Positions 24,105-33,578 of a stretch of 48,721 bases of DNA are shown piece after piece; position 1 is the first letter of the stretch; each line of letters starts with the position of its first letter. The stretch comes from an uncultured Polynucleobacter sp. (GTDB taxonomy: Bacteria; Pseudomonadota; Gammaproteobacteria; Burkholderiales; Burkholderiaceae): positions 1 to 48,721 of the forward strand of contig CAYFKO010000001.1 in assembly GCA_964343765.1 (NCBI GenBank), given 5' to 3'. Made by a program: the position numbers and the translations under genes. The notes under the pieces were generated by a model. The model was given only the letters and a program-made list of their open reading frames with translations. It had not been told where the DNA came from and made no database searches.

Positions 24105-24803
24105 ATGAATGACCAAAACACATACACCTTTGGCGCGACCAACTCGCTTTCAGGTGCATTGGCTCGCAATAGGGTTTTACGCAATACGTTTGCCCTGCTT
24201 GCCCTTTCCCTAGTTCCAACCATCCTTGGAGCCTGGATAGGCGTAGCTTCTGGGTTTTCATTTTTCCAAACCAGTCCGCTAATGGGCTTTATCGTATTTA
24301 TGGCAATCGCTTTCGGGTTCTTTTGGGGTATTGAGAAGAACAAAAATAGCGGTACCGGCGTGTTATTACTCTTAGGCTTTACCTTCTTTATGGGACTAAT
24401 GCTTACTGGACTATTGACACATACCCTGCAGTTCCGAAACGGCGCTCAACTCATCATGATGGCATTTGGTAGCACCTCGCTGATTTTTGCAGGTATGGCT
24501 ACTTGGGCGTCAGTAAGCAAGAGTAACTTTGAAGGCTTAGGTAAATGGCTCTTTATCGGCGTGATGATCATGCTCATCGCCTCCGTGGCCAATATCTGGC
24601 TCCAAATGGGCGCGTTAATGCTCACCATCATGGTGTTGTCTGTAGCCATCTTCTCCGCGTTTATCTTGGTTGATGTTCAACGCATCATCAATGGCGGCGA
24701 AACAAACTACGTTATGGCAACCCTGGCGATCTACCTCGACGTTTACAACGTATTTACCAATCTTTTAGCAATTTTTGGCATCGTTGGTGGCGATCGCGAC
24801 TAA
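24105..24803 (+). CDS. yccA: Bax inhibitor-1/YccA family membrane protein
   Basis: RNRVLRNTF.LL start, about 7 TM segments, GGETNY..AT..IYLD.YN.F..LL C-terminal motif; GGAG SD. Confidence 0.9.
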   Translation: MNDQNTYTFGATNSLSGALARNRVLRNTFALLALSLVPTILGAWIGVASGFSFFQTSPLMGFIVFMAIAFGFFWGIEKNKNSGTGVLLLLGFTFFMGLMLTGLLTHTLQFRNGAQLIMMAFGSTSLIFAGMATWASVSKSNFEGLGKWLFIGVMIMLIASVANIWLQMGALMLTIMVLSVAIFSAFILVDVQRIINGGETNYVMATLAIYLDVYNVFTNLLAIFGIVGGDRD

Positions 24804-24819
24804 GTCATTAATCGCTTAG

Positions 24820-24850
24820 AAAAAACACGGGGCATGCCCCGTGTTTTTTT
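24820..24850. terminator. Bidirectional intrinsic terminator between convergent yccA and rlmD
   Basis: Perfect 30-bp palindrome AAAAAACACGGGGCA|TGCCCCGTGTTTTTT (24820-24849) with a U-tract on both strands. Confidence 0.85.
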
Positions 24851-26249
24851 ATCTCTCAAATACTGCTATCGATTCCACATGAGAAGTATGTGGAAACATA
24901 TTCATGACGCCTGCTTTTAAAAGGCTATAACCCGCCTGGTTGACTAAAATCCCCGCATCCCTAGCCAAGGTAGATGGATTACAAGAAACGTACACAATAC
25001 GTTTTGGCAAGTAAGACAAATCCTCCACTCTGCTTGACTTTGATAACTCTGCCAACGCTTCCGATAAGGCCATGGCCCCATCTCGAGGAGGATCAATCAA
25101 CCACTTAGTCGCGTGACCCCAGGATTTGACTATATCTGGATTTACCTCGAACAAATTAGCCTCTTTGAACGAAACACGATCCTCTAGGTGATTATGCTTG
25201 GCATTTTCTACAGCGCGTTGAGTTAACTCACGACTTCCTTCTATACCCAAAACTGCTTTTGCCTGCGTTGCAAGCGGCAATGTGAAATTACCAATTCCAC
25301 AAAACAAATCCAGTACTCGCTCGTCACTTTGCGGATCCAATAAACGAACCGCACGTCCAACCAATGATCGATTCATCGGATGATTCACTTGCGTAAAATC
25401 TGTTGGACGAAATGGTATCTCCACCCCGAATTCTGGTAATTGATAAGCTAACTTACCTGCCGTTGGATAAAAAGGCTTTGCTGTTTCGTTGCCATGAGAT
25501 TGCGTCCATAACCAGACACCATGTTCTTTTGCAAAAGCCTCTAACTGACTTTTATCCTCGTCTGTCAATGGCAACAAGTGCCGGATGACTAAAACAGGTT
25601 GCTCTTGCTTGACTGCTCGATTAGAGCCGATTTCTAAGTCACCAATTGCCAGTTCAATCTGAGGAACTCGATCACGAACAGATAAACCCAAAATTAAAGC
25701 CCTTAAAGGCTTCAATAAATCCGAAACAAATTTGGGAACAATTTCGCATGAGGTCATATCAACTACATAGCTTCTCTTTCGTTCATGAAAGCCAACCAAT
25801 ACCGTTCCCTTTTTTATCGAGCGATTGACAACGCTAAATCGAGCTCGATACCGATACTGCCACTCAGGCCCCAATAGTGGTCGCAATATCATTTCAGGCT
25901 GAACCTTGCCAAGGTGCCGTAAATTATCTTCCAACACACGCTGCTTAATCGCAATTTGTGCACGCATATCCATGTGCTGCATCGTGCACCCACCACAAGC
26001 TTCATACCATTGGCATGGGGGTTTTCGGCGATAAGAGGCAGGAATGAGAACTTGTTCAACGCGGGCTTTTTGGAAACGCGCTTTTTCACGAGTCACTCGA
26101 TAAGTTACTAACTCACCAGGCAAGGCACCTTCTATAAAAACAACCTTACCAATTTCACCAGCTTCTGAAGGCAAATGAGCCACCCCTTGTGCCTCGAGGT
26201 CAACTGACTCAACTAGGATTCGATTTAAATCTCCCACTAGATAACTCAA
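24849..26249 (-). CDS. rlmD: 23S rRNA m5U1939 methyltransferase
   Basis: TRAM domain, C..Y..CGGC Fe-S motif, FTQVN, LDLFCGIGNF, DPPR and YVSCNP.TLARD motifs. Confidence 0.94.
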   Translation of the reverse strand: MSYLVGDLNRILVESVDLEAQGVAHLPSEAGEIGKVVFIEGALPGELVTYRVTREKARFQKARVEQVLIPASYRRKPPCQWYEACGGCTMQHMDMRAQIAIKQRVLEDNLRHLGKVQPEMILRPLLGPEWQYRYRARFSVVNRSIKKGTVLVGFHERKRSYVVDMTSCEIVPKFVSDLLKPLRALILGLSVRDRVPQIELAIGDLEIGSNRAVKQEQPVLVIRHLLPLTDEDKSQLEAFAKEHGVWLWTQSHGNETAKPFYPTAGKLAYQLPEFGVEIPFRPTDFTQVNHPMNRSLVGRAVRLLDPQSDERVLDLFCGIGNFTLPLATQAKAVLGIEGSRELTQRAVENAKHNHLEDRVSFKEANLFEVNPDIVKSWGHATKWLIDPPRDGAMALSEALAELSKSSRVEDLSYLPKRIVYVSCNPSTLARDAGILVNQAGYSLLKAGVMNMFPHTSHVESIAVFER

Positions 26250-27067
26250 ACGTCAAAGCCGGCAAGATATTCTTGCCAGTGAGCTCCAGTAGATGTCTCT
26301 GATTCTTTCTTTAAAGAATCTTTAACGAATTGAATTTCTTCCGCGAATTCTTCGGGCGTAAACCCACCGCGCATCAATTGATATTTGCAATACATTAAAT
26401 AGGTGTTAACGACATCTGTCTCACAGTAATTTCTGATTTCTTGTAATTTACCCGCTTGATAGGCTGGCCATACCTGTGAACCATCCATCCCTAGTTTTCC
26501 GGGGAAACCACATAGCTTCGCTAATGCATCAAGAGGCGCATTCGCTTTACCTTGATATCTTGCCAACATATCCATTAAATCCAAATGGCGCAAATGGTAA
26601 CGACCAATGTAATTATTCCATTTGAAATCACGACTATCGTATTCGCCACTCTCACCCATCTCCCAATAGCGGCTTGCAACAACATCATTGATGAGGGCCC
26701 GATAATTTAAAACCGGCAAATCAAATCCACCACCGTTCCATGAAACCAATTGAGGGGTGTAACGTTCTATTAAATCAAAAAAATCTTGAACCAACTTCTT
26801 TTCATCACTTTGCAAATCGCCAAGTGAACCTACTTTAAATTGAGGCAAACCCTCTTTCGTAGTTCGACGAATGACGCATGAAATCGCTGCCACTTTTTGC
26901 AAATGAAGCGGAAAAAATTCATTTTGACCATTGGCAATTCGTTGCTCAGTTGCTTGCTTAACAACCTCTTCATCCGATAAATTAGTCGGGTAATCACCCA
27001 ATTTGCGCAAACCGCCAGCATCTGGAATAGTCTCAATATCAAATACTAGAACTGTCTTCATAACCAT
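26246..27067 (-). CDS. Predicted 3'-5' exonuclease, PolB-exonuclease-like (DEDDy)
   Basis: FDIET (ExoI), WNGGGFDLP (ExoII), HLDLMD and YCETD (ExoIII). Confidence 0.88.
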   Translation of the reverse strand: MVMKTVLVFDIETIPDAGGLRKLGDYPTNLSDEEVVKQATEQRIANGQNEFFPLHLQKVAAISCVIRRTTKEGLPQFKVGSLGDLQSDEKKLVQDFFDLIERYTPQLVSWNGGGFDLPVLNYRALINDVVASRYWEMGESGEYDSRDFKWNNYIGRYHLRHLDLMDMLARYQGKANAPLDALAKLCGFPGKLGMDGSQVWPAYQAGKLQEIRNYCETDVVNTYLMYCKYQLMRGGFTPEEFAEEIQFVKDSLKKESETSTGAHWQEYLAGFDV

Positions 27068-27073
27068 ATTGCG

Positions 27074-27751
27074 TTATTGGAGGTAACGTGAGGGATCTAC
27101 AGGCTTACCATCCCGCCTAACTTCGAAATGCAATTTGACTCGATCAGATTCGGTATTACCCATCTCAGCAATCTTCTGACCACGCTTGACTGACTGCCCT
27201 TCCTTAACTAACAAGCTCTTGTTATGAGCATAAACAGTAACGTAATTACTATTGTGTTTAATAATGAGCGTATTGCCATACCCTTTGAAGGTATCGGAAA
27301 AAATTACTTTTCCATCGGCTGCAGAAACCACGGAATCCCCTAACTTGCCTGCAATATCAACCCCCTTATTGGTTGAGCCGTTATAGCCCCCCAAAACTTC
27401 CCCGCTCGCAGGTTTGAGAAGTTTCAACTCTGGATCTATAGTGGAATCGACCTTATTTTCTGAAGGTTTATCGCTTTTTATTGGTTCTGGCTTGGCTTCA
27501 GACTTCGTGTCTTGCTTACCATCGACCTTGGCTACTGTTTTCTCTTCTTTCGCAGCTTGCGGCTTTTTCTCAGCCTTAGCCTCTCTATGTGAATTTGATT
27601 TTGACGAATTCGTCGATTTATCTTTAATCGGCGCAGATACTTTCGGAGATGAGCATGCCACCATCAAAATGGAAGAGAAAACACAGACTAATATACGTCG
27701 AAGAAATTCACTTCGAAGATTAGGCCAAGAAGATAAGTAATTAATGATCAT
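27074..27751 (-). CDS. nlpD: M23/LytM-domain lipoprotein, NlpD-like amidase activator
   Basis: Lipobox LMVAC, K/E-rich linker, degenerate M23 domain (NKGVDI, YGN..IIKH, YAHN, LHFEVR); position after surE-pcm. Confidence 0.85.
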   Translation of the reverse strand: MIINYLSSWPNLRSEFLRRILVCVFSSILMVACSSPKVSAPIKDKSTNSSKSNSHREAKAEKKPQAAKEEKTVAKVDGKQDTKSEAKPEPIKSDKPSENKVDSTIDPELKLLKPASGEVLGGYNGSTNKGVDIAGKLGDSVVSAADGKVIFSDTFKGYGNTLIIKHNSNYVTVYAHNKSLLVKEGQSVKRGQKIAEMGNTESDRVKLHFEVRRDGKPVDPSRYLQ

Positions 27752-27766
27752 TCAATAAGTCGCCAA

Positions 27767-28420
27767 TCAGATTGTTCCAGACTGCAATGGAACAAAAAAT
27801 ACCTCATCCAAAACAGTTCGTTGATATCTCTGAGAACTAATCCTCTCGATTAATAATAGCTGTTGTTCTTGCTCATTTCTAGCTACCGGTGCAATTAATC
27901 TTCCACCAATCGCCATTTGATCCAACAAAGGATCAGGAATGCCTAAGCCAGCAGCCGCCAAAATAATCCCATCAAAAGGTGCCGCCTGGGGCAAACCACG
28001 TATGCCATCACCGTAAATAAGCCTTAAATTTGCAATGCGAAAAGGCCTTAATTTTGCTCTTGCACTCTCATGCAAACCTCGAATACGTTCAACCGAATAA
28101 ACTTCATCCGCCAATAAGCTCAAGACAGCCGCTTGATAGCCGCACCCTGTCCCAACCTCCAATACCCTACCAAGTTTTTTCTTTGATTTCATCAGGGCTT
28201 GCAGCATTTTTGCAACCACTGATGGCTTTGAAATAGTTTGCTCATTACCTATGGGCAATGAAGAATCCTCGTATGCCTGAGGAAGAAGTCCGGCATCGAT
28301 AAACGCATGCCTAGGCACTGTTGCTATCGCTTGAAGTACTTCATGATGCGTCACCCCAGACTCAGCAATCTTCTGAGCCATCACACGCCTAGCAGAGTCA
28401 AATTGCTTTTGGGTCCTCAC
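27767..28420 (-). CDS. pcm: Protein-L-isoaspartate O-methyltransferase
   Basis: VPRHAF, AYED..LPIG..QTISKP, VLEVGTGCGYQAA and APFDGII motifs. Confidence 0.96.
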   Translation of the reverse strand: MRTQKQFDSARRVMAQKIAESGVTHHEVLQAIATVPRHAFIDAGLLPQAYEDSSLPIGNEQTISKPSVVAKMLQALMKSKKKLGRVLEVGTGCGYQAAVLSLLADEVYSVERIRGLHESARAKLRPFRIANLRLIYGDGIRGLPQAAPFDGIILAAAGLGIPDPLLDQMAIGGRLIAPVARNEQEQQLLLIERISSQRYQRTVLDEVFFVPLQSGTI

Positions 28421-28426
28421 AACACA

Positions 28427-29200
28427 TCAACCTTGATTCCACTGATGCAACATCTGCTCACGCTTCGCTTCATCCGTTAAATTTAATTGCAACGGTGTGA
28501 TCGAAACATACCCACCATTAATCGCATGAAAATCAGTACCCTCAGTACTATCTTTTGCCTCACCAGCAGGTCCAATCCAATAAATAGGCTCACCACGAGG
28601 ACTATGCTGCTTAATGACCGGCTGAGAATGATGACGATTACCCAAACGAGTCACACGCCACCCTTGCAAATCTTCATATGAATGATTCGGCAAATTAACA
28701 TTTAAAAGCGTGGCATGATTCGCGGCACCATGATCCATCCCATGCTCGATAGCATGCTGAACAATATCAGCCGCTACCCGCGCCGCATCATCCAATTTAG
28801 ACCAGCCACGATCAATCTGAGAAAAGGCAATTCCAGGAACACCAAACATGACGCCTTCTATGGCAGCTGCCACGGTGCCGGAATATAAAACATCTTCTCC
28901 CATATTTTCACCCTGGTTAATACCAGAAACCACTAAATCTGGCTTTTCATCCAAAAAGCCCGTCATAGCAATATGCACACAATCGGTTGGAGTGCCATTA
29001 ATAAACATAAAGCCATCTCGCTCACCCCCTGCCACACGATGAATCGACAAAGGCCTAGAAAGCGTCAAGGAGTTAGATGCGCCGCTGTGATTTTGTTCAG
29101 GAGCGATGACCGTTATCTTCCCTAAATGACGAATAGCGTTCACAAGCGCCAGCAAGCCAGGCGCCAAATAACCATCATCATTTGAAACTAATATATGCAT
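28427..29200 (-). CDS. surE: 5'/3'-nucleotidase SurE
   Basis: [39 protein letters not shown] and SITPL motifs. Confidence 0.97.
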   Translation of the reverse strand: MHILVSNDDGYLAPGLLALVNAIRHLGKITVIAPEQNHSGASNSLTLSRPLSIHRVAGGERDGFMFINGTPTDCVHIAMTGFLDEKPDLVVSGINQGENMGEDVLYSGTVAAAIEGVMFGVPGIAFSQIDRGWSKLDDAARVAADIVQHAIEHGMDHGAANHATLLNVNLPNHSYEDLQGWRVTRLGNRHHSQPVIKQHSPRGEPIYWIGPAGEAKDSTEGTDFHAINGGYVSITPLQLNLTDEAKREQMLHQWNQG

Positions 29201-29208
29201 AAGCTCAA

Positions 29209-32200
29209 TTATGGACCAACATTGAATGATGTCTCCGGATTAACCTTAGGCGCATCATCAGGATCAGTTGGTTTTGAGCTGCGCTCCACTATCCAAGCAT
29301 ATAAAACTGGCAACACCAACAGGGTCAAAATGGTAGTCGTGATCATGCCGCCGACAATAACTAATGCCAAAGGACGCTGGGCTTCAGACCCAATTGCATG
29401 CGATAAAGCGGCTGGCAATAGACCCAGACCAGCCAAAAGTGCCGTCATCAAGACAGGACGTAAGCGCAATGATGCCCCTTCCACAATTGCATCTTTCAGA
29501 GCTTGACCTTCTTGTCTTGCCACCTTATTGATGTATGAAATTAAGATAACACCATCTTGGATTGCAATTCCAAATAGGGATAAAAATCCAATCGCCGCAG
29601 AAATACTGAACGTTTCTCTAGCAAAATGTAATGCCAAAATTCCGCCAATCGCTGCAAAAGGAACATTTGCTAAAACAACTAAAGCATCCCGGTAATTACC
29701 GAAAGCACTGTAAAGCAATAGGAAAATGGCGACCAATGTTAACGGGACAATTAACATCAATTTTTTCTGCGCTATTTTCATCTGATTAAATTGACCATCC
29801 CAACTTAATCGATAGTTATTTGGCAGCGACACATTATTTGCAACTAACTTCTGAGCCTCTGCAACCGCACTACCTAAATCACGCTCTCGAACACTAAATT
29901 TAATAGCTATATAACGCTTACCTGATTCACGATAAATAAAGAATGGCCCATCACTAATATCGACACTTGCCAACATCGATAAGGGAATTCGACTTCCATC
30001 AGGAGCATCGACCAATAAATTTCTAACATCATTGATGTTATCTCGGCTTGCTTCGTTTAAACGAATTGCCAAACCAAAAGTTTTTTCATTTTCTAGAATA
30101 TTCGTTACAACCGCACTTCCTAATCCAAAAGAAACTAGATTTTGGACATCCGTAACATTGATACCAAATTTCGCACATCGATCACGATCAATCTCAATAT
30201 TGAGCGTTGGCTGCCCCAACTCTCGGAAAATACCTTCATCAACAACGCCTCGTGTTTTACGTAATTGAACTAAAACTTCCTCAGCCTTTGCATTCAAAAC
30301 ATCAAGATCATTACCGTAAATCTTGACCGAATTCTCACCCTTAACACCAGACAATGCTTCATTCACGTTATCTTGAATATATTGAGAGAAGTTATATTCA
30401 ATTCCCGGGATTCGATCCAAGAAAGCTTCTAGGCGCTTAACCAACTCTTTCTTTCCTGCCCCTTTTGGCATATTTTCAGGACTCTTGAAGTAAAGGCCAT
30501 ACTCTTGATTAAAAACACCGGTTGAATCTGTTCCGTCATCAGGGCGACCAATCTGAGCAGTCACCGTCCTCACCTCAGGCTGTCTTCTGAACTCCTCTCT
30601 AAGTTCATTGGCTATCTTTAGTGAGTAGTTCAAGTCCACGGTATTGGGTAGAGTCACACGCACCCATAAGTTGTTCTCCTCCAACGTTGGCAAGAACTCG
30701 GTTCCTAACTGGGTAGCACTTAACAAAGTTATTAACAAAATAACAACAGCAGTCATTAATACTTGCTTAGGACGATGTAACAATTTGTTCAAGAATGGCT
30801 TGTAACTCAATAGCAGTTTTTGTACAAATTGCGGAGGGTGATGATTGACCTTATCTCCAAAAATGTAAGAGACCATCGCCGGGACGAATGTAAGACTTAA
30901 AATAATGGAGGCGATCAACGCAAAACCCATCGTAAATGCCATAGGACGGAAAATAATCCCCTCTACGCCGCCCATTAAAAATAATGGAGAATAGGCAGTT
31001 ATGATGATTCCCGTTGAGAAAATCATGGCTCGCTGAACTTCACTTGTCCCCAAAATGACGCTTTGATTGATTCGCTGCTTATCTTCTTCCATGTGCCGCA
31101 TGATGTTTTCCATCACAATCACAGCAGCATCAACAATCACACCAAAGTCAATTGCACCTAACGATATTAAATTCGCAGGTACTTTGAAATTTTCCATCTG
31201 TATAAATGAGACGCATAGCGCCAATGGAATTACGGCAGCAACTACAGCAGCCGCACGTAGGTTACCCAGGAAAATATAAAGAACAATCAAAACTAAGGAA
31301 ATCCCGAAAAACAGGGTATGTTTAACGGTGTCCATGGTGATATCAAGCAAGACTTGACGATCATAGAATGGTTTGACCTCCACACCGGGCGGAAGAACAT
31401 GCCCATTGATCTCAGAAATCTTATCCCTAACACGCGCTAATACTTCTGTGGCATTTTCACCGCGACGTAAAAGAATAATTCCCTCAACCGAGTCATCATT
31501 CTCATTAAATTGAAACATACCCAAGCGAGGCGCATTCCCAACCTTCACTTCCGCAATATCCCCAACCCGAATTGGGACGCCATTATTAACAACGACAACA
31601 ACCTTTTTAATGTCGTCATTGTTATTTAAAAGGCCAACACCTCGAACAACAAAACCTTGCTCACCATTAGAAAAAATACCGCCACCAGTATTTGAATTGG
31701 CATTCGTTAATGCACTAACTAATTGACTTAACGTGACACCTTTTGCCTGCAAAGTTTCTGGGCGAACAATAACCTGATACTGGCGAGTTTTGCCGCCAAA
31801 CGAGGTGACATCAGCAATCCCCTGAACGTGCTTTAACTCTTTATAAACCTCATAATCCTGAAACGTCTTTAATGCCAAAGGCGATGCATAGGCGCTCTCC
31901 AAGCGATAACGCATGATCTCACCCGTCGCATCAGAATCTGGACTCAAACTGTTCGAGACCCCCGGCGGCAAGGTTAAATTACTGATATAGGAATTGATCG
32001 TTTGACGAGCCTTAAAAGCATCTTCGCCATCTTTGAATTTAACGGTAACTACCGATAATCCAAACAATGACACAGATCTAAACGCCTGAACTCCGGGAAT
32101 GCCTGCTAAAGAATTTTCAACCGGAATGGTGATTTGCTGCTCAACCTCAGTTGTACTTCGTCCAGGCCACTGAGAAATTACTTGAACCGTTAATGGCGCA

Positions 32201-32331
32201 ACACCAGGATATGCTTGCAACGGCAACTTTAAAAAGCTAATTACCCCAGCAATCAACAATCCAATTGCTAATAAAAGGATAATCAGGCGCTTTTGAAGCA
32301 CCTTACGAATAAAGTTAGTTGCGAAACTCAC
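29209..32331 (-). CDS. Heavy-metal efflux (HME) RND permease, CzcA/ZneA-like
   Basis: LP..AYP, EVEQQIT.P.E, TM4 [43 protein letters not shown] and [14 protein letters not shown] motifs; 1040 aa. Confidence 0.93.
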   Translation of the reverse strand: MSFATNFIRKVLQKRLIILLLAIGLLIAGVISFLKLPLQAYPGVAPLTVQVISQWPGRSTTEVEQQITIPVENSLAGIPGVQAFRSVSLFGLSVVTVKFKDGEDAFKARQTINSYISNLTLPPGVSNSLSPDSDATGEIMRYRLESAYASPLALKTFQDYEVYKELKHVQGIADVTSFGGKTRQYQVIVRPETLQAKGVTLSQLVSALTNANSNTGGGIFSNGEQGFVVRGVGLLNNNDDIKKVVVVVNNGVPIRVGDIAEVKVGNAPRLGMFQFNENDDSVEGIILLRRGENATEVLARVRDKISEINGHVLPPGVEVKPFYDRQVLLDITMDTVKHTLFFGISLVLIVLYIFLGNLRAAAVVAAVIPLALCVSFIQMENFKVPANLISLGAIDFGVIVDAAVIVMENIMRHMEEDKQRINQSVILGTSEVQRAMIFSTGIIITAYSPLFLMGGVEGIIFRPMAFTMGFALIASIILSLTFVPAMVSYIFGDKVNHHPPQFVQKLLLSYKPFLNKLLHRPKQVLMTAVVILLITLLSATQLGTEFLPTLEENNLWVRVTLPNTVDLNYSLKIANELREEFRRQPEVRTVTAQIGRPDDGTDSTGVFNQEYGLYFKSPENMPKGAGKKELVKRLEAFLDRIPGIEYNFSQYIQDNVNEALSGVKGENSVKIYGNDLDVLNAKAEEVLVQLRKTRGVVDEGIFRELGQPTLNIEIDRDRCAKFGINVTDVQNLVSFGLGSAVVTNILENEKTFGLAIRLNEASRDNINDVRNLLVDAPDGSRIPLSMLASVDISDGPFFIYRESGKRYIAIKFSVRERDLGSAVAEAQKLVANNVSLPNNYRLSWDGQFNQMKIAQKKLMLIVPLTLVAIFLLLYSAFGNYRDALVVLANVPFAAIGGILALHFARETFSISAAIGFLSLFGIAIQDGVILISYINKVARQEGQALKDAIVEGASLRLRPVLMTALLAGLGLLPAALSHAIGSEAQRPLALVIVGGMITTTILTLLVLPVLYAWIVERSSKPTDPDDAPKVNPETSFNVGP

Positions 32332-33573
32332 TTAATCCTCAGTCTTCAAAAAGCGTTGGTTCATGAGCGTAGAGCCCATAATTAATACGTCATTACCTTC
32401 TTGCAAACCTTCAGTAATGGCAAATTGCTGGTTACCCGTATCAAAACCCTTCACTGGCAGGCGACGATAGGTATCTTTTTCTGAACGAATAATGATATAT
32501 CTCAAATTTCGAACCTGAATCACAGCCGTTCTTGGCACCAATACCGCTTTTGTCGTCCCTACCTCTAATCGGGCACTAACAAACATTTCAGGGCGTAAAG
32601 CCCCATCTTCGTTATTCACATCACAACGAATCATCAGTGCATGGGTTATAGGATCAATCGTTGGTGCAACGTAATTTGCAACTGCAGTGAATTCGCGATC
32701 TGGATAAGATTCAGAGCGTAGCTTTAGTACCTGACCGGAGGAAATACGCTTAATATCCTGCTCATACACATTACCCATAAACCAAAGTGCTTTTGGATCA
32801 GCAATCGTTGCTAGCGCATCCCCTACATTCATAAATGCACCTGGATCAGCCACACGCTTAATCACAACTCCATCAATCGGCGCGCGAATTGGGAACGTCG
32901 GTGTTGGCTGACCACCCTTTTTAAGACGCGAAATATCTTCGTTTGCAGCTCCAAGGATACGTAAACGATTCGCACTAGCCTCTAAGGTTGATTTGGCATC
33001 TTCAGCCAAACTCGGCATCGCACTTGCCTCTAGCATTTTTGCCGTCTGCATCGACAGAATAAATTCTTGCTGCGCCGAAACATAATCCGGACTAAAGAAA
33101 TCCGCCATAATTTGACCAGACTTAACTTGTGCGCCATCAAACGAATAAATACGTTCAACACGTCCAGATGCCCTAGCAGAAATAACCTTGGATTTTTCAG
33201 CATTAAATACCAATTTCCCTGGCACCGGAATATCAACTGAGACATCTTTTAGAACAGCTGCTTCAAATTTAAATACATCGGGATCAAGAATTAATCCTGG
33301 CAATGACATTGAAATGGCGCCTGATTTATCAACTTGAACTGATTTATCCGATTTATTATCTTGAGGTTCAGTGTCACCCAAGAAACTACCAATCCAAACG
33401 CCTAGCAACAAAGCTGAGAGCAAATAAATAGCTACGCGTGCTTTAGGTTGCTTCCAAAACGCCACAAGATGATCTTGCGAAGATTTAATCATCGGCGAAG
33501 ATTTTTCTTTAAACGCGCTAGCAAACGGCTTGAGCTTTTCCAAGAATTGTTTAAATTTGGATTTCATATTCAT
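32332..33573 (-). CDS. RND periplasmic adaptor (membrane fusion protein), CzcB/CusB-like
   Basis: TM anchor, lipoyl/barrel-sandwich halves (ARASGRVERI..G..VK.GQ; IRAPIDGVVI), SPD...AQQE and LRPEMF motifs. Confidence 0.92.
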   Translation of the reverse strand: MNMKSKFKQFLEKLKPFASAFKEKSSPMIKSSQDHLVAFWKQPKARVAIYLLSALLLGVWIGSFLGDTEPQDNKSDKSVQVDKSGAISMSLPGLILDPDVFKFEAAVLKDVSVDIPVPGKLVFNAEKSKVISARASGRVERIYSFDGAQVKSGQIMADFFSPDYVSAQQEFILSMQTAKMLEASAMPSLAEDAKSTLEASANRLRILGAANEDISRLKKGGQPTPTFPIRAPIDGVVIKRVADPGAFMNVGDALATIADPKALWFMGNVYEQDIKRISSGQVLKLRSESYPDREFTAVANYVAPTIDPITHALMIRCDVNNEDGALRPEMFVSARLEVGTTKAVLVPRTAVIQVRNLRYIIIRSEKDTYRRLPVKGFDTGNQQFAITEGLQEGNDVLIMGSTLMNQRFLKTED

Positions 33574-33578
33574 TCGCC

